Below are positions 1 through 11,429 of a DNA stretch of 54,844 nt, one piece after another. A program made the position numbers and the translations under genes. Origin of the DNA: Octopus sinensis (taxonomy: Eukaryota); contig NW_021833879.1 in the NCBI RefSeq assembly GCF_006345805.1, positions 1 to 54,844 of the forward strand. Direction: 5' to 3'. The notes beneath the pieces were generated by a model. That model worked only from the letters and a program-made list of their open reading frames with translations, did no database searches and was not told where the DNA came from. Numbering within the stretch: the stretch's first letter is position 1; each line of letters opens with the position of its first letter.

Positions 1-405
1 ATTATCATATGCCCACGCATACACAACCCCTCTATCTCTCCTATCTCCCTCTCTCTTTCCTCGTCTATTTTTCTCGTTAAACGTGGACCTCATTAAAAGC
101 GACAACGAGTGTATGTGTATCAACGTTGTTGTCGTCGTTTTCCGCGTTCTATACATTGTTGTTTTCTACAAAAGAATCCTTTTCTCTCTTTTTTATTTTT
201 ATTTATATTTTTTTTTCTGTTTTTCACTCATTTTGAATGTCTGTGTATTATTCTGTCTTTGCTTCTCTCTTTTGTATTTTATTTTTTCGTTTTTGGTTGT
301 GAACAATGATGTTTTGTTCATTTGGTTTCTTGGGGCCGTGTTTGGCTAAATTGTTACAAGTAACGATGTTTACGGAGTTGACAAGACGAAAGGAAAAGAA
401 CAGAG

Positions 406-468
406 CTAAAAAGAAATTGAATGATACGGCGAAGCTACGAATTCTATGTCGTCTGTACTAATGTACAC
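406..468 (-). CDS. Candidate terminal exon of an unidentified small-exon gene ([20 protein letters not shown])
   Basis: Unique sequence after (CTAT)n with ...ctttgttagactgcag|GTG acceptor, open to TAG at 406-408. Phase 0 matches the donor of the candidate exon at 10473. An alternative AG 7 nt upstream would give TAGVH*. Confidence 0.3.
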   Translation of the reverse strand: MYISTDDIEFVASPYHSISF

Positions 469-480
469 CTGCAGTCTAAC

Positions 481-482
<2 letters not shown>

Positions 483-568
<86 letters not shown>

Positions 569-626
569 GCAAACAGACAGATAGATACATACATAGGCGA
601 ACAGACAGACAGACAGACAGACAGAC

Positions 627-700
<74 letters not shown>

Positions 701-701
701 G

Positions 702-761
<60 letters not shown>

Positions 762-803
762 CAGATAGATAAACAAATAGATAGATAAACAGATAGATAG
801 ATA
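483..803. repeat. (TAGA)n/(CAGA)n compound tetranucleotide microsatellite
   Basis: Direct reading; source of the YLSI-type ORFs. Confidence 0.95.
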
Positions 804-805
804 AG

Positions 806-1740
806 TTTCTTTATTGGCCACACAGGGCTGCACACAATTGGGACAAGTTACAAGGTAGAGCTTTTCTTTTTGGGGATGAAAAAAAAAAGAATAAAAAAAA
901 GGGTGGCGTAGGTTTTCGATCAAAAGGGATCGCAAAAGGGAAAAAAGAACAAAAAAAATGGAAAAGAAAAAAATAAAAAAGGGAAAAGGAACAAAGGAAC
1001 AAAGGAAAAGAAAAATGAAGAAAGAAGAAAAAAGAGAGAAAAAAGGGGAAGAGGAAAAGAAAACGATCAATAGGGATCGTGTATCACAGTGTCATGATGT
1101 ATGGTGTAAAGGGGAAAGCAAGTAAGGTTTATCCGTGGGAAGAAAAGCCTACGAAAAAGACCACGGTAACCTTGGTCAATATTGTTATATGTTACCACAT
1201 TTGTTTGCAAGTGGGTAACCCTCTGTTTTCAATTTCTGGGTTCATAGGATTATGCTCAAGGTAGCTTCGTCATTCATACGTGCCATCCTTGCTACATTCA
1301 CCCATCTTTTTTTAAAACGTTCGCTAGACAAAACTTTCCTCCAGAGAGGAAAGTGTTTGTCTCCAATTCTTTCAGACGCGTCCACCAGATACATTCTTTC
1401 GCCATAGCCACAAGGATGATGAAAATAGCTCTTCCTTCCCGTTTGAAGGAAGGAGGCGTGACAATATTGACGATAGACTCAGCTGATTAACCGACTCGTC
1501 CCACACGTGACAGCAGTTGTTCGACATAAGCCCACAGGTCGGAAATTGTTGGACACTGTTTCTCGAGCCGTGTCTGTAGAGCTTATCCCGAACGGGTAGC
1601 GTTTCTCGGTAGCACTGCGAGGCCAGGGATCTCTGGAAGTTGTCCATGGGCCCTGGCCCGAAAGTCGTCCCGAACAGGCGGGTCAGGTATTCCTCGTCGA
1701 CGTCCAGGTTCGCCCCGAGCTCGTCGTCGTAACTCCCAGA
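806..1740 (-). mobile_element. 5'-truncated L1/Tx1-clade non-LTR retrotransposon (decayed ORF2 C-terminus with zf-RVT region, plus 3' UTR)
   Basis: Minus-strand frames read MDNFQRSLASQCYRETLPVRDKLYRHGS / QCPTISDLWAYVEQLLSRVGRVG*SAESIVNIVTPPSFKREGRAIFIILVAMAKECIWWTRLK / RKVLSSERFKKRWVNVARMARMNDEATLSIIL* (stop at 1242-1244). This resembles the zf-RVT region and C-terminus of L1/Tx1 ORF2. The CxxC..H part is deleted, with frameshifts and an internal stop. The pyrimidine-rich 3' UTR has AATAAA at 810-815 and then (CTAT)n. Confidence 0.85.
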
Positions 1741-1747
1741 TAGAAAA

Positions 1748-1782
<35 letters not shown>

Positions 1783-1885
1783 CATACATACATACATACA
1801 TACATACATACATACATACATACATACATGCATACATACATACATACAAACATGCATGCATGCATAGGCAAACAGAGAGATAGAT
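1748..1885. repeat. (TAGA)n then (TACA)n microsatellite
   Basis: Direct reading. Confidence 0.95.
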
Positions 1886-2266
1886 ACATAGACCGAGAGA
1901 CAAAGGTCAGTATAAGGCTGATTGTCATTGGGTTCGTGAGTGAGACTCGGATCATATGTACTGAATTGATATCTCTAATTCACTGACGAGTATCAAACAT
2001 CGAAGCGATCAGATAAGCTTTTTTCTACCAGCGAAACATTAAGTAATGTAGTTCTGAATATATCTGTTACTACATATACATATATAAACGCAAACACACA
2101 CAGACGCATGTAGTATGCATGGGTGCGCGCACGCACAGCACACCTACTATATATATATATATATATATAATATATATATTATAATATATAATATATACAA
2201 AATATATACAAATAGACACACACATATACATATATAAATAGACACACACACATAACATATATATAC

Positions 2267-2322
<56 letters not shown>

Positions 2323-2725
2323 AGAGAGAGGATAGAGAAAAGAGAGAGAGAGATACATACAATACATATATATATATATATACAAATAGACACACACACA
2401 TACATATACATATACATATATATATATATATATTATATATATAATTAATTAATAAGGGTGAGAGAATTAGATACTAATTTAATAGTATATCTATTCTACA
2501 CCAAGTGGCCTAGTGCTCCGAGAAACCTGGATTATTATAATATTTTATAATATATTATAATATTTTTACAAAATAAATATAAGAGAGTGGTCACTATATG
2601 GCTCACTCTAGCACCAGTTAATCCAAAAGGTTTCAACCACAAAAAATACATGTTTCCCATGAAAGTCAGTACGATTGTTAGTTCACACGGACAGGGCAAA
2701 TAAAAAATAACAAAAATACAGATTA

Positions 2726-2807
2726 TTTTGGGACAATTGTTTGCTATTAATGAATTAAATGTAATTTTACTTACAAAAAAAAATCCACTTGTAGCTCCCA
2801 GCCAAAA
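2726..2807 (-). ncRNA. Type I hammerhead ribozyme, damaged copy (A6 and G12 missing)
   Basis: Minus strand TTTTGG CTG-GGA GCTA...TAGC -AAAC AATT GTC CCAAAA: same fold as 3493-3573 with two 1-nt core deletions. Confidence 0.6.
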
Positions 2808-2962
2808 CTATCTGGATGAAATCCACTCAATCACACGCCAGATTTTACCATAACGTAAATACACGTGTGGTTCAATTAACGTCGGATGTAATCAATTGAA
2901 CCACACGTGTATTTATCGTATGGTAAAATCTGGCGTGTGATTGAGGGATTTCATCCAGATAG

Positions 2963-3044
2963 TTTTGGCTGAGGAAGCTACAAGTGGATTTTTTTGTAAG
3001 TAAAATTACATTTATTCATTAATAGCGAAACAATTGTCCAAAAA
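2963..3044 (+). ncRNA. Type I hammerhead ribozyme (extra A after A9, one stem I mismatch)
   Basis: TTTTGG CTGAGGA(2969-2975) A GCTA...TAGC GAAAC(3027-3031) AATT GTC(3036-3038) CAAAAA. Confidence 0.75.
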
Positions 3045-3492
3045 TAATCTGTATTTTTGTTATTTTTTATTTGCCCTGTCCGTGTGAGCTAACAATCGTA
3101 CTGACTTTCATGGGAAACATGTATTTTGTGGTTGAAACCTTTTGGATTAACTGGTGCTAGAGTGAGCCATATAGGTACCACTCTCTTATATTTATTTTGT
3201 AAAAATATATAATATATTATAAAATATTATAATAATCCAGGTTTCTCGGAGCACTAGGCCACTTGGTGTAGAATAGATATACTATTAAATTAGTATCTAA
3301 TTCTCTCACCCTTATTAATTATTATAATTATGCTGCATTTATTTCTAAATGCTGTATTGTTTTCCGTGAAAATTTGGCGCGCTGTTAGTTGGGGCATGTG
3401 AATTATAACGTCGGATGTAATCAATTGAACCACACTTGTATTATCGTTATGGTAAAATCTGGCGTGTGATGAGTGGATTTTCATCCAGATAG

Positions 3493-3573
3493 TTTTGGCT
3501 GAGGAGCTACAAGTGGATTTTTATGTAAGTAAAATTACATTTAATTCATAATAGCGAAACAATTGTCCCAAAA
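3493..3573 (+). ncRNA. Canonical type I hammerhead ribozyme with extended stem II and palindromic stem III
   Basis: Stem I TTTTGG(3493-3498)/CCAAAA(3568-3573); core CTGAGGA(3499-3505); stem II GCTA/TAGC extended by GTGGATT/AATTCAT and ATGTAA/TTACAT; GAAAC(3556-3560); stem III AC-AATT-GT; GUC triplet, predicted cleavage after 3567. Confidence 0.88.
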
Positions 3574-3734
3574 TAATCTGTATTTTTGTTATTTTTTATT
3601 TGCCCTGTCCGTGTGAGCTAACAATCGTACGGACTTCATGGGAAACATGTATTTTTGTGTGGTTGAAACCTTTTGGATTAACTGGTGCTAGAGTGAGCCA
3701 TATAGTGACCACTCTCTTATATTTATTTTATATA

Positions 3735-3783
<49 letters not shown>

Positions 3784-4644
3784 ACATACATATATATATA
3801 TAATTGATATATGAACATCAATGACAAGATACTGCTCGAGATTTTTCGATTGGACAAACATAAAATATGTGTACACTGAATCCTCAAAGCATACTATAAA
3901 CAACGTAAGCTATATCTACAAATATTAAAATAAATTTCATACATACATGTGTGTACGCGGTCTGTGTGAGTGTGCGTGCTTGTACCTGGGCGTGTGTTGC
4001 GTGCCTGTATTTAATTGTACGCACACACACACATATATATGTGTGTGTGTGTAATAACAAGATTCAAATAATAAATTGTCGTTACATTGCATAAATATAT
4101 TTGATTTTGTGTAAAAAATAAAATCTCAGCGAAAAGTATAAATAAAAACAGAAATATAAATTTTTGTTTCGTTTATAATTTTTTTTAATGTCGACTTCCG
4201 TGATTTAACACCAATCTGACATTATGTACATTCCTACTTTAAATATTGGTTTCTTCTCTTACTTCCAAGCCACAATACATTTTGAGTAGAAAGCTAAATT
4301 AAATTAACTAGTATGTCTCGATATATCATCGCTAATTTTTTAGCGACAATGTCAGTCGTAACTAAGCGCCATTTTGTTCTTATCTCGACCGATTTTACCC
4401 CTTCCCCGATTTCTCTTGTTTTGAAAATATTCGTTATTTAAATTAATCCAATAATTAAATGTTTCGATGTCTAAGATGACTTGTTATTAATTAGGTTAAT
4501 GATTTTCGATCAATTAATTGCAATTTTAAAGATGAGCCTTTATTTCTACTTTAGTATTTTAATATTTTAATACTTCAATGTGAATTAATTTAGGAATCAA
4601 AAAATAACAGCAAAAAAGAAAACAGAGGTAAATAGGCACACACA

Positions 4645-4975
4645 GGCGTATCTGTGCGGTAAGAAGCTTGCTTCCCAACCACACGGTTCCGGGTTCAGTC
4701 TCACTGCATGGCACCTTCGCCACTTTGCATCAACCAAGCTCTTCTGAGCGCATTTAGTTGATGCAAACCGAAAAAAACCTGTCGTGTGTATGTGTGTGTT
4801 CTTGACAATCTGTGTTGGTGTGTTTACGTCCCCATGACTTAACGCTTCGGTAAAAATGTGCCAATAGAATAAGTACTAGGTTTAACAAAAAATAACTACT
4901 GGGGCTGATTCATTTGCCGAAAATTTTTCATGGTGGTGTGCCCCAGCATGGACGCATTCAAATGACTGAAATAAA
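4645..4975 (+). mobile_element. tRNA-derived SINE, family X (head tggtaagaagcttgcttcccaaccac...gggttcagtc; tail cagcatgg...aaatgactgaa)
   Basis: A/B-box-like head and the same body and tail as about 15 other copies in the window. Confidence 0.8.
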
Positions 4976-6599
4976 GTTGTTCCGGTCAAGCAACTGACAA
5001 GCAAATCTGTGCGCTGAATCTGTCTGAAATGTAATAGGAAATAAGTCAGTTTCAAAACATTGATGCCCAGGTGACAAAGCAAAGCTTGAAGGGAATAGTA
5101 GTCACTTCCCTTGATTTCTAAAGAGAATCAAACAGGAAATAGCATTTACTGACCAAAGACAAAAAATAAAATAAAATAAAATAAAAGTTTTTTTACCCAG
5201 TATAATTGTTTTAGTTTCGATACATGTTCTCAGAGTCATTCACGTTCCTGGCAAGTACATCTCAGAAAATTTAGTTACGACAGAGGAAAAAGAACAATAT
5301 CAATGGACGTTTTATGTAAAATTGAATGTTTTTTTATACACCTATTGCTCTGTCACGTGTATGCGGGTATTTTGAAAATACCTCACGGAGTGATGACCGT
5401 GCCCTGCGTAGTTATGGGCTGGCCTTTGGCAAGACATTGCTCCAGTTCAACCACCCTGCCAGGGACACGGTGAAGTTTTGGGGCTGCAACATGGTGGATT
5501 GTGAAGCGGTAACGAAAGAGATCAAGTGAACCAACGATGCTTCTTGTATTGATGCTGGGCAGAGGAATCCTTGATAAACGGTCAGGAACACTAAACTGTA
5601 TCAAGAGAGTAGTTACAATGCATCCATAGGGGTTGTGTTCTTGGTTATGTAATCACCTAATGAAAGATTCATTATGATAATCAGCTAATGAAAGATTCAT
5701 TATGACACGAACTCCTAATTCAAATTCATAATAATAGAATTGAATGGCGACAGATAGTCATGGGAATCTGCGAAAGCAGCGAAAAAGAATCGGTCTGCCA
5801 GTAGTACCCCTTTCTAAACGAGAGTCGCGTTGGCTTTCTGGTTGAAAACCATAAATGGTATGATGGTTACTGAAACAATTCAGGATTATTTTTGTCGAGA
5901 TTTCGCCAATAATTCACCAGGAAAAATTACCTCTACCTTTGTCTCATCACTGCCTGCCAAACTTGTTCTTAGATAAGTGAATTTGTTATAGCTTTTAAAG
6001 GAAATGTTTAAACACTGAAGTTCGTTGGAAACTATAACTATCTTTGTAATTAAAACCCAAATCTCCCTCTTTTTTAAGAGGAGTTTTTCAAGATATGAAA
6101 AACATCAAGAAAAAGGACAACTCCAATAATATCAGTTAATTCATTTTTTTAAAGAAAAACAATGAAGTTAGGAGTTGAACACTTTAAAACTAACTCATGA
6201 GAACAACGGACATGTTTCGATCTTGTTGAAAGTTCTCAGCAAAACAGATTTACTTGTGTCGCTTATGATACCAAACAAGTCTGAAATGACCAATATGTTG
6301 GCGTCCAAACTCTTTTGGTGTTGTACGTAAATCCTACACCCTTATAGACATTTCTGTAATACTACAAATACCCAGTGACAGAATAGAATCTTTAGAGCAT
6401 CATACGAAATGTTTTGCTTTATTTATTCTGGTTTATTACGCTCTGGGCTCAAATCCATCTTGAGATCAATTTTGACGTTCATTCTTCCGAGATCGATAAA
6501 TAAGGTATAAGGTGGTTGCATCGAACCGATACCCCTACCTAGAAAAAAAGCAAGGTTACAGAAGCATCGATGGCGATTCAAAACCAATGATAGATGAGA

Positions 6600-6768
6600 G
6601 AGGAAGACTTCCTCTCCGGGAAACATACGAATTGGGAGAGTGAAACAGAGCTGAGAAAGTAAGAATCCAGCCGGAGAGAAGCATGACATCCCAGAGTCAA
6701 GAAGAGAGGGGCAAATTTGTGGATGGCCTATGCTCCGTAGAGAGCGAAAGGCTTAAGCTCAGCTAAGG
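6600..6768 (+). mobile_element. Probable 3' end of a decayed RTE-clade LINE
   Basis: Reads ...RGKFVDGLCSVESERLKLS*, similar by eye to the W(R/K)xxVxGLCS C-terminus of RTE ORFs. Confidence 0.4.
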
Positions 6769-8319
6769 GGATGGACGGGTGCAATCGTTAAAGCATCGAT
6801 ATTTGTTCCGTTCCCCTATGTTCTAAGTTCGAATCCTGACATCTCCAACATAGATGGTAGGCTTGATCCGTAACGCGGATTAACATCTCAACAGTTATGT
6901 CGAGTAATTATCCGCGGTTGTCTCCTATATTCAACTCCATGTAATAACAAAGATTCGGAAAACTCCATCGATATAATCGCGGTAGTGAATTCATTTCAAT
7001 ATCAAACGTTTTGAAACGGCATTTATAAGCGGAAGATTTCCTCTTTGAAAGACTTTATGAAGAATGTAAATGTTCGCTTTAGAAATATTAAGTACCGGAA
7101 GATTCTTGAAGCGGTACCCAAATTAATGAGACGTCTGAGATTTGGTAATTTCTAGCAATAAACCTCTTGGAGATGTAACAATTTCTTGACAATTTTGCAA
7201 CAGAATCAAATATCTGCGAGAGTAAAACATGGCCTATTAGTTTAGATGAAACGGGGTTATTGGTGTTAATACGGTAATTATGAACTACCTAAACAAAAAC
7301 TGAACATTGAAATTCTAAATATATTTCAACAGTAAAATGTGAAGTCGATCTATCTTAATGGAGATTTATTGAGAGGAAATATGAAGTAAAATCTACTTCC
7401 AATTAGAAAACTCTTTACGACTGACACGTTATATAAATGAGAGACACTTTTACGTTTGACACCGTTAGTCAATAGCAGCAACTAAGTCGGAAGGAAAATC
7501 AGCTTTTTGGCGCATGTAAACACTTAAAATACAATTTTAGGTGTTATTTTAAAAGTCAATTAACTCTATAATTAAAATTATACTAATAATATTTCTCATT
7601 ATGTGGATAGTGGATAGCATTATAAATGAGTAAAGTACAAGAGACCCAGCGGTGTAATTAATTTTACACACTTCAACTAGTGAAATACTGCGATGTACTA
7701 AAACATTTTAAATTTCTGTACGTGTTATTCGTATTGTACAAGGTAGCTTGAGGAAGACAGCGGTGTAATTAAATTCCAAATATCTCAAGTAACGAAACAA
7801 CTGATAAATTATTCAATAAAAAAACAGAAGTCTTTAAAATAATTTTTTTTCTGGCGTGATGAAACGAAGCAACAACCAGGAAATTGCTTCTTTTCTTGAC
7901 TTTTATACATCATTATATCTAGTAAATGATATAATAAAATCGTACTCGTTTCCTTTTTCGATTCTAATATTTTTTTGCATCTATTATATTTTTTTATTCC
8001 TTTATCAAATAAAACCTATGATCATTAGAAACGTATATCAAAGTAGAAAGCTGTACATTTTATTGTATTTCTCTGGTTATACATAATTTGTGTGTTAACT
8101 GCATCTTGTCTATATTTATGTAATGTAATTATATTATTTATAGAGGCCGCTTGCGACAGATTGTTTTTTTCACAACGCAGTAGAACTTACAGATGGGAGA
8201 TGTTGGAATAGTTTTAAATGGTTTTTCATATAAAATTGGTAACTATATATACGATGGGGGTGCAGAAACGTTTCTAGCTTTAAGGGTGTCCCTTTCATAC
8301 CCTTGATTTCTCGCTATTA

Positions 8320-8470
8320 TATTTTTTTCTCTCCTTGTTTCTCTCCTTGTTTTTTTTCTGTGTCCCTTTCTGTAGAAGAGCGTAGGCTCGAAACGTAAAA
8401 TACTTTTTCAATTCCTGAGCGTTATACTAATACATCTGTTTGTTTTCTACACCACCTGTCTTCGTCTTTT
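8320..8470 (+). mobile_element. PLE pseudo-LTR remnant, family B
   Basis: Near-identical to 15010-15183, similar to 49380-49580 and 52068-52155; contains a hammerhead-like motif and ends in (AT)n. Confidence 0.75.
8366..8401 (+). ncRNA. Minimal type I hammerhead variant (core CUGUAGA+A, zero-loop ACGU stem III)
   Basis: CTTT CTGTAGA(8370-8376) A GAGC-GTAG-GCTC GAAA C GT A(8397) AAAT. Confidence 0.65.
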
Positions 8471-8488
8471 GTTTCTTTCGTGAACTCT

Positions 8489-8574
<86 letters not shown>

Positions 8575-8648
8575 GTATGTATTTATGTATGTATGTATAT
8601 GTGTGTATGTATCTATGTATATATTTAAGTGATATATAGATATATACA

Positions 8649-8693
<45 letters not shown>

Positions 8694-8891
8694 CAAGGCA
8701 AATACCAACAGCAAACACAGCTATTGCCCAAGGGGCGTTCACAGTTGCCATCATTAGGTTATCGCTCAAAGGAAAACCAATCATATTAATTAAGGCTGCC
8801 TTTCTCTCATTTAAACGAGTCTCGTTGCGTCAGTTACCTTCGACTTAAAATAACTTTGTTGTTAACGTCATAAGAACTTAGAACCTTCGAG

Positions 8892-9430
8892 AGTGGTGGT
8901 GGTGGTGGTGGCTATGGTAGTTGTGATGGTTGTGGTAATGGTGGTGGAGATGGTAGTAGCTGCGGTTGTGGGTGAGTCGTCGTTGTTGTAGTAGTGGTGG
9001 TGGTGGTGGTGATGGTGGAAGTGGTGGCTACGGCAGTTGTAATGGTTGTGATGGTGGTGGCGGTGGTGGTGGTAGTAGTGGTTGTGGTGGTGGTATTAGT
9101 GACGGTTATGGTAGTGGTGGTAGTGATGGTAATAGTGGTGGTGGGCGTGTCGTTGTTGCTGGTGGTGGTGATGGTCGTGGTGATGGTAGTGGTGGTGGTG
9201 GTTGTAATGGTAGTTGTGGTGGTGGTGATGGTGGTAGTAACGGTAATGGTGGTGGTAACGGTAATGGTGATGGTCGTGACGGTTGTGGTGATGGTTGTGA
9301 CGGTTGTGGTAGCGTTGCTGGTGGTGGTGATGGTTGTGGTAGTGTTGGTAGCGATGGTAGTAGTGGTGGTGGTGGCGGTGGTAGTGGTCCTGGTGGTGGT
9401 AGTGGGTTAGTCGTTGTTGTTGGTGAGGGG
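8892..9430. repeat. Degenerate (GGT/GTT/GAT)n trinucleotide tract
   Basis: Direct reading; source of the poly-G, poly-V and poly-H ORFs. Confidence 0.9.
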
Positions 9431-9544
9431 AAATAAGCTGGTGAGGGCGACGATGAAGAGTAAGTTGAGGGTGAAGAAGATGAATGTAACTATACAAAAT
9501 CTAAAGATAATCGATATCAGATCAATCATTTCCTTCCTAACATA

Positions 9545-9870
9545 GCACTTCGATCACCAACATCACCATCACAACCACCACCATCGTCAATATCACCGTC
9601 ATGAACAACAGCATCACTAATACCAACAATAATACCATCAACACCACCATCTAGACTCAACACCGCCACCATTACCACCAACAACAACGCCGCCACCACC
9701 ACCAACAACAACGCCACCACCACTAACAACAACGCCACCACCAACAACAACACTATTATCACTACCGTTACTGCCATCACTATTAACAACACTACACAGC
9801 TTCGAGCAGCCAATCAAATTCAGGGAAATATTCTGAACAAAATGAACGTCGACATCAATGACAACAGCAG
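9545..9870. repeat. Degenerate (ACC/AAC/ATC)n trinucleotide tract, inverted relative to 8892-9430
   Basis: Direct reading. Confidence 0.85.
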
Positions 9871-10472
9871 CCATGATGAATACGAGGACAACAGCATCTA
9901 CAGGAAGAACGAGAAGAGCAACAGCGATAATAAATACAAGAAGAATACGAAGAACAATGATGAATGATTAATAAAAGAATTAAGTAAGGATGAAAAATGC
10001 CGGAGAAAAAGCAGACTTGACATTTCAATGACTGTGAAATAGTCTAGACTGTTGCCTCGGAACAGGTTGAAATCTAATTAGACAGTTCAGCCATTTTGTT
10101 TTTAACATTGTATCTTCTTTCTCCATAACAGAAGAAAAAGTCCCTAATTTACAAATAGATGTATGTGGTGGCGGGGTTCGTGCGTTTGTGAGTGTGTGCG
10201 TGTGTGTGTGTGTGTGTATGTGTGTGTGTGTGCCTGCGTTTGTGCGTTCATGTATATGTGTATGTGTATGATTGGTAATGAGGATTATATGCAACGTGTT
10301 CTGCCTAAAGATGTTCAGATTTGTGCATTTGTGCAGATCAGATTTGTCTGGTCGACACAGCTCATCAACAAGTGAAAAGCAAAAATTAAACAAAATAACG
10401 ATATAAACTAAAATGGACAACAATCCGACGCTTCCAATGGCCCGTGACGACGGTTTAACCGAGTCAACTGAC

Positions 10473-10563
10473 CTGCGGCCACTCTACGTGCAACATTAGG
10501 TTCAACACACTTCCGTCGTATGTTTTGAACACTTTATGGCATTTATATGGTAAAGCATTAAGA
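10473..10563 (-). CDS. Candidate internal exon (91 nt; S-LNALPYKCHKVFKTYDGSVLNLMLHVEWPQ)
   Basis: Acceptor ctatctatctag|T, donor CAG|GTCAGT, a single open frame, non-repetitive sequence. Confidence 0.4.
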
Positions 10564-10865
<302 letters not shown>

Positions 10866-10927
10866 ACAATTATATAGATCTAGATTCATCATTATTTGTA
10901 TAAATTATTTTAAAATATTGATTTCAA

Positions 10928-11118
10928 ATTTTGGCACAAGGCCAGCAATTTGTCGATTACATCAATCCCTGTGCTCAACTGGTACTTACTTTATCGACCC
11001 GAAAGGATAGAAGGCAAAGACGACCTCGACCAAATTTGAATTTAGAACGTGAAGACGAACGAAATGCTCGTTAGCATTTTGTCGGATGCGCTAACAATTC
11101 TGCCAGCCTCGCCGCCTT
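10928..11118 (-). mobile_element. tRNA-derived SINE, family M (core gaggtcgactttgcctttcatcctttcggggtcgataaaataagtacca, resembling the Meta-SINE/Sauria core)
   Basis: Reverse complement of the ggcgagctggcagaa...gagttcaaattccgccgaggtcgac consensus seen in more than 20 copies here. Confidence 0.85.
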
Positions 11119-11429
11119 AAAAATTACTTTAAAATGTTATTAGCAATCTTCAGTTGGTCTGTAAATCCTAATTCTTTCAGTATTATTGCATCTAAACTAA
11201 TCAAAGAATTATCCATGCTGATCTTCGTAAAAAGACACAGAAATACATTAAACAAATTGAGAACTTAAACTAAGATTTTATTCACTTTTTCTCTTTTTGC
11301 ATTTTCTGAGAAAACATGCTTTTTATTCAAAATACTCTACTCATTTCCATAATTGCAATAAAGGATTTTCCAATTACGTGATTTTTTTCGCCAATGTTTA
11401 TTGCATTGCGTTGATTGGATATTTCAGCG

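Larger units (their letters stand above)
2447..3728. mobile_element. Triplet of PLE pseudo-LTR-like units: one inverted (2447-2877) and two direct (2878-3320, 3407-3728)
   Basis: Arms 2447-2877 and 2894-3320 are near-perfect reverse complements around a 16-nt loop; 3407-3728 directly repeats 2878 onward. Each unit carries a hammerhead motif, and units 1 and 3 end against TA-rich sequence. Confidence 0.75.

Noticed and set aside
1372-1857. 161-aa ORF as a host gene exon
   Set aside because: Its non-repetitive part is the frameshifted Tx1/L1 ORF2 remnant, and its start lies in a microsatellite.
1983-2017. CTGACGA...GAAGCGATC as a hammerhead
   Set aside because: It has GAAG instead of GAAA, a weak stem II and no adjacent stem I pairing. 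It may be a decayed PLE end, but the fold cannot be supported.
5326-5604. Overlapping 67-aa and 73-aa ORFs in a GC-richer patch
   Set aside because: No recognisable motif or convincing splice sites; probably an old repeat fragment.
6209-6239. Minus-strand CTGAGA...GATC GAAAC AT GTC hammerhead-like motif
   Set aside because: The core is too short and stem I does not pair; at best a dead relic.
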